A stretch of 46,138 nt of DNA from Candidatus Sysuiplasma jiujiangense (GCA_019721075.1 JAHEAD010000015.1:1-46138); one strand, 5' to 3'; numbered from the stretch's first letter, positions 18,082 to 28,943 are shown. Notes: generated by a model from the letters alone, not told the origin. Numbers and translations: made by a program.

Positions 18082-19179
18082 TTAAAGTTCTGTGAATGAT
18101 TTTGCCCTTTTCGAATCAAGCATGCGTATCACCGCAACCATAAGTCTGACGGCCGCATCGATATCATCAAGACTTGCAATCGCCGAATGCGAATGTATAT
18201 GCCTTGTAGGAACACCAATAACAATAGAAGGGCAGCCTGCTCTGTTCATGTGAAACTTTCCCGCGTCTGTTCCGCCGCGGGACACGGTCGAAAGCTGATA
18301 TGGAATGCGCTCTTTCTCTGCTGTGTCTATGACAAACGATTTGAGTTCCTGGTTTGGTATCATTGATGCGTCAAAGGTGAGTATCGAAGGTCCCTTGCCG
18401 ATACGGGACGGAGCTTCGCTTGGCTTTATTCCCGGAACATCGCCCGCAATGTCCACCTCAAGCGCAAAGGCGACGTCTGGATCGACGATGTGTGAAACTG
18501 TCTGTGCTCCGCGGAGACCGACTTCCTCCTGAACGGTCGCCGCCATGAAAACCGTGTTGGGATGGTCAACATGCTTTTTCCGGAGATGCTTAAGCACCTG
18601 GAGGCCCACAAACGTCCCGACCCTGTCATCGAACGCCTTTCCTATCACGCAGCTGTTCCTTCCCGTGGACAGAAAGGACGCATCGGGCGCAACCGGATCG
18701 CCTATCTTTATGCCGAAATCCCTTTCAACCTCTTTTCTTCCGGTCGCACCGACGTCAATGTACATGGAGGTTAGCCTGACAACCTTCTCCCTTTCTTCGG
18801 GCGCAAGGAGGTGTGGAGGCTTGCTGGAAATTACACCTGTTACATCCCCTTTGCCTGCCCTTATCCTGACCCTCTGACCGAGCAGAACCTGATCAAACCA
18901 TCCTCCAAGCGGGCTGAATGAGATGAAACCGGTCTGTTCGTCTATGCCGGTAACGACAAATCCGACCTCATCCATATGCCCGGCCATCAGGATTCTGGGT
19001 GATTCCTCCTTTCCTGACTTCCTGAATATCACTGAACCAAGCTTGTCAAAAGAGACGCTGTCGGCAAAAGGGCTTCCTGCCTCTTTGACTATTCCCGCCG
19101 GTTCACGTTCGAAACCCGATGGGCCGAAGGATTCTGAAAGCCTCTTCAGCAGTTCCGTGTCTTCTTTTGCAAATGTCAT
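18082..19179 (-). CDS. M42 family metallopeptidase (TET/FrvX-like aminopeptidase)
   Basis: GPSGFE, AGHMDEVG, KAFDDRVG, TVQEEVGLRGA, GGTDAG and RHIHS. Confidence 0.95.
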   Translation of the reverse strand: MTFAKEDTELLKRLSESFGPSGFEREPAGIVKEAGSPFADSVSFDKLGSVIFRKSGKEESPRILMAGHMDEVGFVVTGIDEQTGFISFSPLGGWFDQVLLGQRVRIRAGKGDVTGVISSKPPHLLAPEEREKVVRLTSMYIDVGATGRKEVERDFGIKIGDPVAPDASFLSTGRNSCVIGKAFDDRVGTFVGLQVLKHLRKKHVDHPNTVFMAATVQEEVGLRGAQTVSHIVDPDVAFALEVDIAGDVPGIKPSEAPSRIGKGPSILTFDASMIPNQELKSFVIDTAEKERIPYQLSTVSRGGTDAGKFHMNRAGCPSIVIGVPTRHIHSHSAIASLDDIDAAVRLMVAVIRMLDSKRAKSFTEL

Positions 19180-19299
19180 GATGGCAGTAAAAGCATGGGC
19201 ATTATTTATTTCCGACCCGCCATATTGTGTGGCGGTCTGGCGGCCCTTTCCTGTACCCTCCCTGCAGCGATAGCAGGAATACCGAGCCAGTAAGGTCCG

Positions 19300-19797
19300 T
19301 CAGCCCTTCTGCTGATCTTTCATTTCGTCCCGGCCTTTGACGATCAGGAGCTGGACCTCGATGTTCTGCCACGCTTCCCTGCTCTTCCAGGGATTGCCAT
19401 CATATACCTCCCTGAAGCGTCCTGTTCTTGCAATCGTGCCGTCCTTCCTTCTCCATCTTATCCAGTCATTTATGGCATGATAGACTATCGATGATGACAC
19501 CTGATCCGGATTAAATTTCACGCTCACGACGTCGAAGGGTTTGAGCGTACGGACGCTTACACCGCCGCTGCCTCTGGCCTTCCCTTTCAGTTCGATGCAG
19601 GCTTCCCACTTTATCCTGTCCTCTCCTTCGGCCTGTTCTGTGAATATCCACTTCCCCCCACGCAATCCCCTGGACGTGATCCACTTTTCGACCTTTTCAA
19701 ATGAAGTTCTTATTGCCCTGTCGCTGTAGGCAGCCTCAGTCGTTATGCAGGCAACTGTGTAGCCCGGCGCACGTTTTATCCTGAAATCAACAGCCAT
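19300..19797 (-). CDS. GyrI-like small-molecule-binding domain protein
   Basis: Internal pseudo-repeat with FEKVEKWITSRGL, WEACIEL, YHAINDWI and FREVYDGNPW...EVQLLI. Confidence 0.75.
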   Translation of the reverse strand: MAVDFRIKRAPGYTVACITTEAAYSDRAIRTSFEKVEKWITSRGLRGGKWIFTEQAEGEDRIKWEACIELKGKARGSGGVSVRTLKPFDVVSVKFNPDQVSSSIVYHAINDWIRWRRKDGTIARTGRFREVYDGNPWKSREAWQNIEVQLLIVKGRDEMKDQQKG

Positions 19798-20003
19798 ATC
19801 GCTCGATCTCCTCTTCTATGATAACGCATTGTCCCTTAAAACAATACTGTCCCCGCTTGGGTGCATATCAGGACGGGCGACACTAACCTGGCCGAATGAA
19901 ACCGGACGCCAGACAGGATTTAAATCATGCAACCTAATCCGACGGAATATTCAGTCAGCGCGAGAGGATCTATTAATATTGCAGCCGGGCCTTTAGTATC
20001 GCG

Positions 20004-20672
20004 ATGGCAGAACCCATCCCCACAGATACCAGTCTGCATAGCCTTCCGCGTAATTTGCCGGCTCCCGAAGACGACGGAGCGGCTAAACACCTTCCAGGCA
20101 TGGCTGTCCCCGAAATAGAGCTGCGCTCCACGTCCGGCAGACTGGTTAATGTGGGAAAAGCCGCAAAGAAGCTTTCTATTTTTTTCTTTTACCCCGCAAC
20201 AGTTGCGCCGGGAATACCGATACCCGGTGAGTGGAGCGAAATACCGGGAGCAAGGGGATGCACGATCCAGAATTGCGCTTTCCGGGACGCCTACGAGGGT
20301 TTCAGAAAACTGCGGTACCAGGTTTTCGGGGTAAGCGGTCAGGGACAGGGACCGGAAAGAGGCCTGGAGGAACAGATGGAGTTTTCCAGACGCGAAAATC
20401 TGCCATACGAACTGCTGAACGATTCAAAGTTTGAGCTGGCAGATTCGCTGAGACTCCCCACTTTTGTTGCCAGACTGAAATTTCCGGAAGTTGTCTACGA
20501 AGGAAAGAAATATACATTCCCGCTGCAGAACCGCAGGCTGATCAAAAGACTGACAATTGTGGCATATGCCGGCCGCATAGAGAAGGTATTCTATCCAGTT
20601 TTCCCGCCTGACAGGAATGCGGCTGAAGTAATGGATTACCTTAAATCAGTGCGAAATGTGCGAAAGAATTAA
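20004..20672 (+). CDS. Peroxiredoxin (BCP/PrxQ-like, AhpC/TSA family)
   Basis: LPAPEDDGAAKHLPG, FFFYP, IPGARGCTIQNCAFRD, LPYELLND and KVFYPVFPPD. Confidence 0.9.
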   Translation: MAEPIPTDTSLHSLPRNLPAPEDDGAAKHLPGMAVPEIELRSTSGRLVNVGKAAKKLSIFFFYPATVAPGIPIPGEWSEIPGARGCTIQNCAFRDAYEGFRKLRYQVFGVSGQGQGPERGLEEQMEFSRRENLPYELLNDSKFELADSLRLPTFVARLKFPEVVYEGKKYTFPLQNRRLIKRLTIVAYAGRIEKVFYPVFPPDRNAAEVMDYLKSVRNVRKN

Positions 20673-20727
20673 GGATGAAGCCGGGAGGGGGCAGTCGACA
20701 CCTGCCTGCGTTGTTCCAGTCAGCAAA

Positions 20728-21231
20728 TCATTCATGTGCACGCGGGTTGTTATAAAACCATTGCATCGGAGGCGGCTCAATGTCATGCTGCCAGAGAAGC
20801 GCAATGAGTTCACCCATGTGATAGAGCTGCTCGGTGAAGGACTGCAACAGGCACTCTTCCACACTCAGCCTGAACTCTTTTCCGGCAGAGGTTTTCAATA
20901 CAACGACGCGTGACAATGCCGCATCGTCGATCGACTGAAAAAACGCGTCCGTTCCCGATTCGACGCTTTGCATGTGTTCTGTCACTTCACCCATATCCGC
21001 GTAGCTTTCCCACTTCCTCCTTACGTAGCTGTCCTGCCGTCCTGTTATGACATAATTGACAATCCAGTCCTCGTTGTCGATCATGTGCAGCAGCACGTTT
21101 TTCATGCTGTAGAAGCTTGCCTCCATATTTTTCTCAACAACGTCGGCAGACAGTGTCGAGAGTTTTTCGGCAAAACGCCTCCTCACCATCCTTGCATAGT
21201 TTACAAGTTCACGCACGTCCGTCATCATCAT
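20728..21231 (-). CDS. DinB family protein
   Basis: SMKNVLLHMIDNEDW and EQLYHMGELIALLWQ motifs of the DinB/YfiT four-helix fold. Confidence 0.85.
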   Translation of the reverse strand: MMMTDVRELVNYARMVRRRFAEKLSTLSADVVEKNMEASFYSMKNVLLHMIDNEDWIVNYVITGRQDSYVRRKWESYADMGEVTEHMQSVESGTDAFFQSIDDAALSRVVVLKTSAGKEFRLSVEECLLQSFTEQLYHMGELIALLWQHDIEPPPMQWFYNNPRAHE

Positions 21232-21580
21232 CAACCCAGGGCCGATCAGTTCAACCTTTAGATATACTGATGCCCGTTCCCGGAAATCGGGCCGGATACA
21301 ACCGGGAAAATGTCATCCATTGCGAATACTGCCAAACCGCCATTTCCTTCCGCAGTTCCGTAACTGCCCTGGAATTCGGCCGCATTAGTCCATGCGCTTA
21401 TCACGGTGCCCGCAGTCCTCGCTGCCCTCAGCAGGTCTGGAAAGAGACTGCGCTGAAAGAGCGATGAGGTGGACAGCGTTCGGTGTCGGCACTGAGAACT
21501 TAAAAGATGTCGGACAAAAATGAGTAAAAATAGAAAATTAAGGGATTTAGGAAGTCATTTTTGGCTCTGGTGAATTAAAT

Positions 21581-22048
21581 TCATTGAAGAGTCGTGGAAA
21601 CGAGTATTGACGAGCCATCGAGTATTTCAAAGGTGGTACCCGCTTGAATAAGTGCCGAACCAGCGCTTGAAATAGAGAAATAGTCTCCGGCTGACAGATC
21701 TGAACTACCAGTTGCAACGTTCGTGAAATTCAGATAGACACTGTTTCCGTTTCCATGTGTATTCCAACTAGAGTACGCGTAAGTAGTTCCATTCAGTACA
21801 ACTTTCAGACCGGAAAGTGCAATGTTCGAAACAGTTACTTTATCCACCGTTACGGTCCAACTACCTGCACCATTATTTGTGGTCGTCAATCCCGCGCTGT
21901 TCGCCGTTCCCGGTGAGTGGGTGAACCCGCTCACCATCACATAAAGGACTGCAGCGAGCACGACTGTAATCGCCACCATCAATATGGTTGCAATGACAGG
22001 CGACACACCGCTGTCCTTCAGTCTCTTTGCCATTTTCTTTGTATTCAT
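21581..22048 (-). CDS. Archaeal type IV pilin (class III signal peptide)
   Basis: KRLKDSG|VSPVIATILMVAITVVLAAVLYVMV N-terminus and a Ser/Thr/Asn-rich globular domain ending LSAGDYF. Confidence 0.92.
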   Translation of the reverse strand: MNTKKMAKRLKDSGVSPVIATILMVAITVVLAAVLYVMVSGFTHSPGTANSAGLTTTNNGAGSWTVTVDKVTVSNIALSGLKVVLNGTTYAYSSWNTHGNGNSVYLNFTNVATGSSDLSAGDYFSISSAGSALIQAGTTFEILDGSSILVSTTLQ

Positions 22049-22503
22049 TTACTTATGTCCTGCAACTTACAGTTGCGAGGATTGAGTTTGCAGTTGTAAT
22101 TAAAAGGGTTATCAGATGAATTGCTCATGTTGATATTCAGGGACAGACCTGCAACAGGCTTATTTTCGAAGCTGAGAATCGACTCACAAGATTAAAATAG
22201 AACAAACCGGGGAACCGTAAAGGTCGTTTGTCTTTGCTACAATTGCACAATAGCCTTCGCTTCATTTTTCCAAAATAAAGCCTGTTCTTTAACGTAGGCT
22301 GATTTTGAAGTTACTATGACAAATAAAGCCATGCAATTGCTATGCCAGGCTGACTGTCCACTCTGCACGATCTGAGTCTAGATCCTGCACCTATCAGATT
22401 ATTGGGCAGCTCTTTGCTCAACCGTGTATGGTTTCTGGAAAGTAATATTCATTGCAACATGCAAAACCTCATCGTTCTAGCTGGAATTGTAATTTGAACC
22501 GAG

Positions 22504-23529
22504 TCAGTATGTTACAAACTCATTGCGGCTTGTCAGCGTCGTGACGCTAATGAATGTATACTGTTTCAAATTGGAATTCACGCTTACCCATCCACTGCTG
22601 TAATGAAATACTGAAACAGGTGTGTTGCCTGAGAAATTCCATTCGTCGGCAAACACAAGGACGGAGGATATTGGAGCTCCATCCACTTTATACGTTACCA
22701 TAGACATCGTAAAATCATTCATATCGCCGCGGTACCATTCAGTCATTAACCCTGTGAAAAATGCTCCCTGCCCTGCCTTCTGGATGCCACCTGCAAAGTA
22801 CGATGCGCCATATGCGCTTACGGTCTTGCTTGCGCCCGCGCTTGTATTCCAGTCATGCACTGAAAGAATGACATCACCTGCCGAGAAGCGCATACCGAGC
22901 TGAACGCTGTTACCATTGTTCACATTGGCACTGAGATCAATCAGGCCAATCGTGTCTGATGTACCGTTCGGAAAATAAACCTGATAAGCCATGTGGAATC
23001 CCTGATAAATGACTGCAGTGTTCGCAGTCTTATTGACATCCCCGGGCCAGTTCCATGCGATGCCCACCTGATACCAGTAGCCTGCGCTCGACACGCCATT
23101 GAGGAGATATGAGGGTCCAAAGGCCGAGAAGTCATTTTGCGCCACCGCCGTAACATTCCAGGCGAGGGAGGAATAGTTGCTCTGGAATGCCTCGCCGATC
23201 TGCAGATCATAATATGGAGCAGCGTTCTTGGGCAACTGAAGCGTACCGCCGTGAAACTCAAATAAAAGAACAAAATAGGAGAGGGAAAACAGCACGATAA
23301 CCGCAAGAACAACAACCACTGCGACAATTCCCACTTTCTTTTTCCTGCTCCAGCCCGGCCTTTGTTGCAGTGAAGTTATTCCCACATTTGACGATGGCAT
23401 CGACATAGGTCTGACAGACTCACTTTTCGGCGCCTGCTGCACACCGGCTGATGTCTGCACAGGTGTTCCGCAGACAGTGCAGAATCTGGCGCCTTCTTCA
23501 ATCGGACTACCGCATTGCGTACAATACAA
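22504..23529 (-). CDS. Zinc-ribbon, single-TM protein with extracellular beta-rich (thermopsin/G1 peptidase-like) domain
   Basis: MYCTQCG...RFCTVCGTP, then a TM helix after RKKK, then YLLNG...YWYQVG and LMTEWY. Many N-x-S/T sequons. Confidence 0.75.
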   Translation of the reverse strand: MYCTQCGSPIEEGARFCTVCGTPVQTSAGVQQAPKSESVRPMSMPSSNVGITSLQQRPGWSRKKKVGIVAVVVVLAVIVLFSLSYFVLLFEFHGGTLQLPKNAAPYYDLQIGEAFQSNYSSLAWNVTAVAQNDFSAFGPSYLLNGVSSAGYWYQVGIAWNWPGDVNKTANTAVIYQGFHMAYQVYFPNGTSDTIGLIDLSANVNNGNSVQLGMRFSAGDVILSVHDWNTSAGASKTVSAYGASYFAGGIQKAGQGAFFTGLMTEWYRGDMNDFTMSMVTYKVDGAPISSVLVFADEWNFSGNTPVSVFHYSSGWVSVNSNLKQYTFISVTTLTSRNEFVTY

Positions 23530-23945
23530 CGCATATCGCCTGCTGGATAGATATCATATCTTTTGATAAGGATTTGTGCCGTAGTTACGTTTTTTGACAC
23601 ATAGTGCCTTAAAGCGATTGTGTAAAACTGTTGCTGTCGAATCAGCCTGGGAGTATTGATTATCCAGTTCTTCATAGAAATAGCCGGGTTTCGGGCACTT
23701 GCGCATTCGGCATCCTTCTGACAACATCGTTACTTTTCAGTCGTTCTTGATGGATGAAGGAGTCGTACCACTTCGCTTCAGCAAAAGCCAAGTCGAAAGC
23801 AGTTTTGACAATGTGCATTTGGCGTGGCTATTCGATAACGAACAGCATGACTCTTTTCCCCGCCCCCCTGGAACTTTTGAAAACTGAAAGACTAAAAGAA
23901 CAGCCGTGCATCCACTATGAAACAAATCAGAGGTGAAATCGAAGA

Positions 23946-24809
23946 ATGGCGGAAACCGTAGGAACGATAAAATGCACGCTGGCGGAGGGGCCTCTCTGGG
24001 ACTCAAGACAGAATGTGTTATACTGGGTGGATATCATTGAGGGAAGGATTCATTCGTATGACCCTGGTGCAAATGCCTTTAAGTCATACAGCGCTGGAAA
24101 GCTTGTCAGCTGCATCCTGCCAAGGCAGAAAGGCGGCTTCCTGATTGCCAGAGAACATACCGTCTATTCCTGGGATCCGCACAAAGTCCCTGAAAAGATG
24201 TTTTCAATCGACAGCGAACCTTCCAATAACAGGTTCAATGATGGAAAATGTGACCCGGCGGGAAGATTGTGGATCGGAAGCATGGACATGGAGGAGAAGA
24301 GCGCCACAGGAAGCCTCTATATGATTGGAGAGAATCTGAAAATTGACAGGAAAGTTAGAGGACTCACAGTATCAAACGGACTTGCATGGTCCCCCGATAA
24401 CACCAGGATGTACCATGTCGATTCTCCGACAAGACGCGTGTTCAGATATCACTACGACCCCGGGAGCGGCAGGATTTCCGACAGGGAAGTATTCGTTGAA
24501 ATCCCTGCAGGCGAAGGATTTCCGGACGGATTGACAACAGACACTGAAGGAAACGTCTACGTCGCTCAATGGGGAGGGTTCTGTGTTTCCGTCTGGAATT
24601 CCGGAGGGGAGCGCATCAGCAGGATTTCGATCCCTGCGTGCAATGTTTCATCATGCGCGTTCGGAGGGAGTGATATGAAGGATCTATATGTGACAACAGC
24701 TGCATACGGCCTGAGCAGGGAGCAATTGAAGAAGGAAAAATTCAGCGGAGCGATATTCAGAGAAAGAAGTGACATCCGTGGAACGGAACCGGACGCATTT
24801 GCAGGATGA
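23946..24809 (+). CDS. SMP-30/gluconolactonase/LRE family sugar lactonase
   Basis: LAEGPLWD, NRFNDGKCDPAGRLW, SNGLAWSPD, PDGLTTD and CAFGG...LYVTTA. Confidence 0.95.
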   Translation: MAETVGTIKCTLAEGPLWDSRQNVLYWVDIIEGRIHSYDPGANAFKSYSAGKLVSCILPRQKGGFLIAREHTVYSWDPHKVPEKMFSIDSEPSNNRFNDGKCDPAGRLWIGSMDMEEKSATGSLYMIGENLKIDRKVRGLTVSNGLAWSPDNTRMYHVDSPTRRVFRYHYDPGSGRISDREVFVEIPAGEGFPDGLTTDTEGNVYVAQWGGFCVSVWNSGGERISRISIPACNVSSCAFGGSDMKDLYVTTAAYGLSREQLKKEKFSGAIFRERSDIRGTEPDAFAG

Positions 24810-24885
24810 ACTGCACTGTGGGCCTGCAGGCTGGACTTAACAGCTGCTAATTGAAAGCCTGAAAGCAGTTCCGTGTATTCGGGGA

Positions 24886-25905
24886 ATGAAATCGATGAAG
24901 TATGTTGTAAGTTCAGGAGAAATGCTTATTGATTTGACACAGTCCGGCGGGGGAGGGAGTGCCGTTTTTGAGGCGCATCCCGGCGGTGCTCCTGCAAACG
25001 TTGCTGTGGGTATAGCAAGGCTCGGCGGCAGATCGCGCTTTTTTGGAAAGCTCTCTTATGACTGGTTCGGCGATCTGCTTCTGCGGACATTGAAGAAAAA
25101 TGGCGTTGACACGGATTTTATTCCTGAACGCTCAGAGAGGCAGACAGCACTTGCAGTTGTTTCGCTTGACAAATCCGGAAACAGAAGATTTGCTTTTTAC
25201 CATGACCTGAGTGCTGACACGCGGCTTACTCCGGGAGAGGTTTCAGGAAAGATGTTCGATGATGCATCCATTTTCCACTTCGGATCCGTCTCGATGGCTA
25301 CGGATCCGCCAAGAAGCGCGATGGTCAGACTGGTTGAGAATGCAAAATCAGCGAAATGCCTGGTTTCATGCGATCTCAACATGAGAGAGGATTTATGGCC
25401 TGAGAAGAGGGATATAGGCACTGTAATGGAGTTTCTGCTGTCGAATTCGGATGTATTCAAGTGCAGCGAAGAGGAGCTTCACCTGCTGGAATGCGGACTT
25501 AAGAAAGACGGATCACGCAAAAGTGGAGGCAATTACAGCGATCGCAGCATACGCAGATGTATAGACGAATTACTCTCTGCTGGCCCCGGAATGGTTATCG
25601 TCACACGAGGACGTGGAGGTGCGGTCGTTGGATGTGAAAACAGCATCGTAAGCGTTCCCGCTTTCCGGGTGAGAGCAGTGGACACGACCGGAGCAGGTGA
25701 CGCGTTTACCGCAGCGCTGCTCTATCGCCTTGTCAGGGACGGTTTTACAGATGCTTCCGGATTCAGCGTTTTGTCTGAGAGCACACTGACAGAAATTGGT
25801 CGCTTCTGCAATGCGGCCGCGGGTTTCAGCTGCATGCATTACGGCGGAATTGATTCCCTCCCCACAATCAGAGAGATATCAGAAATTCTGAAGACCGCGA
25901 AATGA
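24886..25905 (+). CDS. PfkB family carbohydrate kinase (fructokinase-like)
   Basis: GEMLID, PGGAPANVAVGIARLG and VDTTGAGDAF. Confidence 0.95.
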   Translation: MKSMKYVVSSGEMLIDLTQSGGGGSAVFEAHPGGAPANVAVGIARLGGRSRFFGKLSYDWFGDLLLRTLKKNGVDTDFIPERSERQTALAVVSLDKSGNRRFAFYHDLSADTRLTPGEVSGKMFDDASIFHFGSVSMATDPPRSAMVRLVENAKSAKCLVSCDLNMREDLWPEKRDIGTVMEFLLSNSDVFKCSEEELHLLECGLKKDGSRKSGGNYSDRSIRRCIDELLSAGPGMVIVTRGRGGAVVGCENSIVSVPAFRVRAVDTTGAGDAFTAALLYRLVRDGFTDASGFSVLSESTLTEIGRFCNAAAGFSCMHYGGIDSLPTIREISEILKTAK

Positions 25906-26084
25906 CAGCTCATTCCCGTTTCGATACATGAGCGCTTTCCATGAGCAGTTTCTTCTGATGACTGTTGCAGCAGTCACTATCACTGCACTTAATGGAATTT
26001 CACATCATGTAGATCATAAATTGTCGAATCAGAGCCGTCTAAAAACCATGGTTAAATAGTAAAATTAACTCTTCACCCCCGGCA

Positions 26085-26999
26085 GTGTTATTGATGTCTC
26101 CTGCAAACGAGCAGCGCCTGAAGTCTCTGGTATTTTTGAAAAAGTTCGCATACGGCAATCTGATGAAAAATTATCTTCCGTTTCCAATGGATACAAAACT
26201 GTGTTCGGGATGGGCGAAGGGAATCCCGACGGAAGGTCCCACTGTAATCTATACATCCATGATGTACCAGATGGCACCTCTTTTCAAGAACTATGAGAAG
26301 ATGCTTCCCACCATTTCAAAGATGAAGGGAATTTCACAGCTCGCAGGCATCGGGAAGTATTTTTACAGGCCATCAAAAACAGAGGTTGAGAGGGCATACC
26401 GCATCCTTAACAACATTGCAGCCATGCTTAGTAACTCAGGAGTACAGTTTGCATATCTGTATGACAGGGAGCCATACAGCGGGGCGCTGCTGCTTGAACT
26501 AGGCATGATTGACGAATTCCGGGAATACGGAAAACGCCTGCTGGAATTCTTCGGAAGCAGGGGCATCACAAGACTGATAACAGTGGATCCGCACACGACA
26601 AATGCGCTGTCAAGGCTCAGGGAATACCATAAGTCCGACATTGAAGTTATCCCGTATCTCTTTCTTCTTAAGGGTGCAAGGGCGGAGGGTGAGTTTGTAC
26701 TGCATGATTCCTGCCTGTACTCGAAACACCTGAAAATGTACGAAAGCATCAGGCAGTTTATGAGGGACAGCGGCCTTAAGCTGAAGGAGGACAGAATGGT
26801 CACAGGCAGGGAGACTGCAATGTGCTGCGGTTCTCCCGTCGGTGTTGTGAATCCGGAGCTCAGCGGGGAAATAGCTGCCCATCGCGCAGTAAAACTGTCT
26901 TCTGTCGGGAGCAGGGTGATATTAATGTGCCCAATGTGCTATCAGAATCTTTCGCCACACATTCGGGATATTTCGGATCTGGCTGAGGTGATTCATTGA
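26085..26999 (+). CDS. CCG-domain Fe-S protein (LutA/LldE-like, lactate-utilisation type)
   Basis: HDSCLYS, MCCGSP and MCPMCY. The N-terminal CCG copy is degenerate (TVDPHTT). Overlaps the LUD gene start. Confidence 0.8.
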   Translation: MLLMSPANEQRLKSLVFLKKFAYGNLMKNYLPFPMDTKLCSGWAKGIPTEGPTVIYTSMMYQMAPLFKNYEKMLPTISKMKGISQLAGIGKYFYRPSKTEVERAYRILNNIAAMLSNSGVQFAYLYDREPYSGALLLELGMIDEFREYGKRLLEFFGSRGITRLITVDPHTTNALSRLREYHKSDIEVIPYLFLLKGARAEGEFVLHDSCLYSKHLKMYESIRQFMRDSGLKLKEDRMVTGRETAMCCGSPVGVVNPELSGEIAAHRAVKLSSVGSRVILMCPMCYQNLSPHIRDISDLAEVIH

Positions 27000-28150
27000 T
27001 AAGTGAATGGGATGTAGCGCTCGAAAGGTCGACAGTGAACAACGTTCCCGGGGTATGGAACGTCCTTGAGAGATACCCTTACATTGAAAGCATCAGGAAG
27101 AGTCTCCGGGAAGCGAAATTGAAGGTTATTGAAAACATGGACGTGTATCTGAAGCAGGCTATGGAGTCTGTCTCAAGGAGCGGCGGTAAACCGCATTTCG
27201 CAAGGAATGCCGAAGAGGCCCTGAAGATAGTGGACGGCATAATAGGCGACAGCAAACATATCATCATGGGCAAGTCAAGCGTCGCATTTGAAATCGGCCT
27301 CAGAAAGCATCTGGCTGAGACCGGGAGGGATGTGTGGGAAACAGACTTCGGCGAGCTGCTTCTTCAGATATCGAACGAGGAGCCGTCACATATCATAACA
27401 GTTGCGCTTCACATGACAAGGGAGGCTTTCGGCCGAAGCATACATGAAAAGCTGCAGAAATCGATAGACGAAAATTCGTCCGCTACGGACATGGCTGCCG
27501 TTGTAAGGTCGTTTCTCAGCGAGAAATACCAGAAGGCGGAGGTCGGAATAACAGGTGCAAATGCGGTTGCCGCTGATACAGGCTCCGTTGCACTCGTGGA
27601 GAATGAGGGCAATATCCGCATGACCACCGTAAAGCCGGCCGTTCATATCGTTGTGACAGGCATCGACAAAATTGTTCCGACAATGCAGGACGCATTCCAT
27701 GAGATAATGATCCAGTCCGCATATGCGGGTTCCTACCCTCCCACATACATCAATTTCACAACCGGACCAAGCTCAACGGGCGACATTGAATCTGAAATTG
27801 TGAGACCAGCTACAGGACCAAAGGAGGTTCATGTGGTCTTTCTTGACAACGGAAGGATGAAAGCTGCCGGAGACCCGGTTCTCAGGCAGTCTCTGTTATG
27901 CGTTAGGTGCGGAAGATGTTATTTTGCATGTCCTGTCTACGGCATACTGGGAAAGGACTGGGGAAAGCCGCCATACAGCGGGCCCACAGGTGTGATGTGG
28001 CATTCCATCGTGACAGGCGACAGCTCATATGCGCACCTCTGCACTCATTCCGGAGGATGCAAGGAGGTCTGTCCGATGGATATAGACATACCGCGGGTAA
28101 TGGAATACCTCAAATGGAAGGATATGCAGGGAATGACAAAAGGAAAGTGA
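26996..28150 (+). CDS. lutB: LUD-domain/4Fe-4S protein (LutB/LldF-like)
   Basis: ETDFGE...PSHI, GITGAN, VENEGN, TGPSSTGDIE...GPKEVHVVFLDNGR, CVRCGRCYFACP and CKEVCPMDI. Confidence 0.88.
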   Translation: MISEWDVALERSTVNNVPGVWNVLERYPYIESIRKSLREAKLKVIENMDVYLKQAMESVSRSGGKPHFARNAEEALKIVDGIIGDSKHIIMGKSSVAFEIGLRKHLAETGRDVWETDFGELLLQISNEEPSHIITVALHMTREAFGRSIHEKLQKSIDENSSATDMAAVVRSFLSEKYQKAEVGITGANAVAADTGSVALVENEGNIRMTTVKPAVHIVVTGIDKIVPTMQDAFHEIMIQSAYAGSYPPTYINFTTGPSSTGDIESEIVRPATGPKEVHVVFLDNGRMKAAGDPVLRQSLLCVRCGRCYFACPVYGILGKDWGKPPYSGPTGVMWHSIVTGDSSYAHLCTHSGGCKEVCPMDIDIPRVMEYLKWKDMQGMTKGK

Positions 28151-28160
28151 AGGTGTACTC

Positions 28161-28943
28161 ATGGATGTTAAGGGAAAAATAGTCGTTGTAACCGGCGGCT
28201 CAAGCGGAATAGGGAGAGCGATAGTTGAGGGTCTTATTGACGGCGGCGCAAAAGTGGTAACCTGCCATCGCGGGGATGAACAGGGAGCTGCGGAGCTTGC
28301 AGATTATGTGTCACGTAAAGGGCATGCGGCAGATTTCGAGATTGTTGACGCCGATGTATCAAAAAAGGGGACATCGGAATTGCTTCGGAAAGCTGCCGTG
28401 GATAAATTCGGTGCGCTTAACGGCTGGGTCAACAATGCTGCAATACAGATACTGTCAAGGTCTGAGGAACTGAGCGAAACTGAGTGGCACAAAATACTTT
28501 CTGTAAATCTCGATGGCTATTTCTTTGGCTGCCAGGCGGCTGCCCGGCACTTCATAGCTACGGGCTCTTCGGGCAGCATTGTCAACATTACATCCGGCGT
28601 AAATCTCCTTGCTGTCAAATTTCTGGCCGCATACACGGCATCCAAAGGAGCGGTTGCGTCGCTCACGAGATGCCTTGCAGTCGAATGGGGACGATACGGC
28701 ATCAGGGTCAATTCACTCGCGCCCGGGGCCACCGACACGCCGCTGAATAAAACACTCTATACCCCCGAGGTGAGGAAGACATACAACGACAGGATACCGC
28801 TGGGGCACATTGCGTTGCCGGAAGAAATTGCCGATGCGGCAATTTTTCTCATTTCGGATGCAAGCAGGTACGTGAGCGGTCACGAACTTGTTGTTGACGG
28901 GGGCCTCAATTACAACGGCACCGTTTATCAGCCGCTCGGATAG
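28161..28943 (+). CDS. Short-chain dehydrogenase/reductase
   Basis: TGGSSGIG, VNNAA, YTASKG, RVNSLAPG and VDGG. Confidence 0.95.
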   Translation: MDVKGKIVVVTGGSSGIGRAIVEGLIDGGAKVVTCHRGDEQGAAELADYVSRKGHAADFEIVDADVSKKGTSELLRKAAVDKFGALNGWVNNAAIQILSRSEELSETEWHKILSVNLDGYFFGCQAAARHFIATGSSGSIVNITSGVNLLAVKFLAAYTASKGAVASLTRCLAVEWGRYGIRVNSLAPGATDTPLNKTLYTPEVRKTYNDRIPLGHIALPEEIADAAIFLISDASRYVSGHELVVDGGLNYNGTVYQPLG

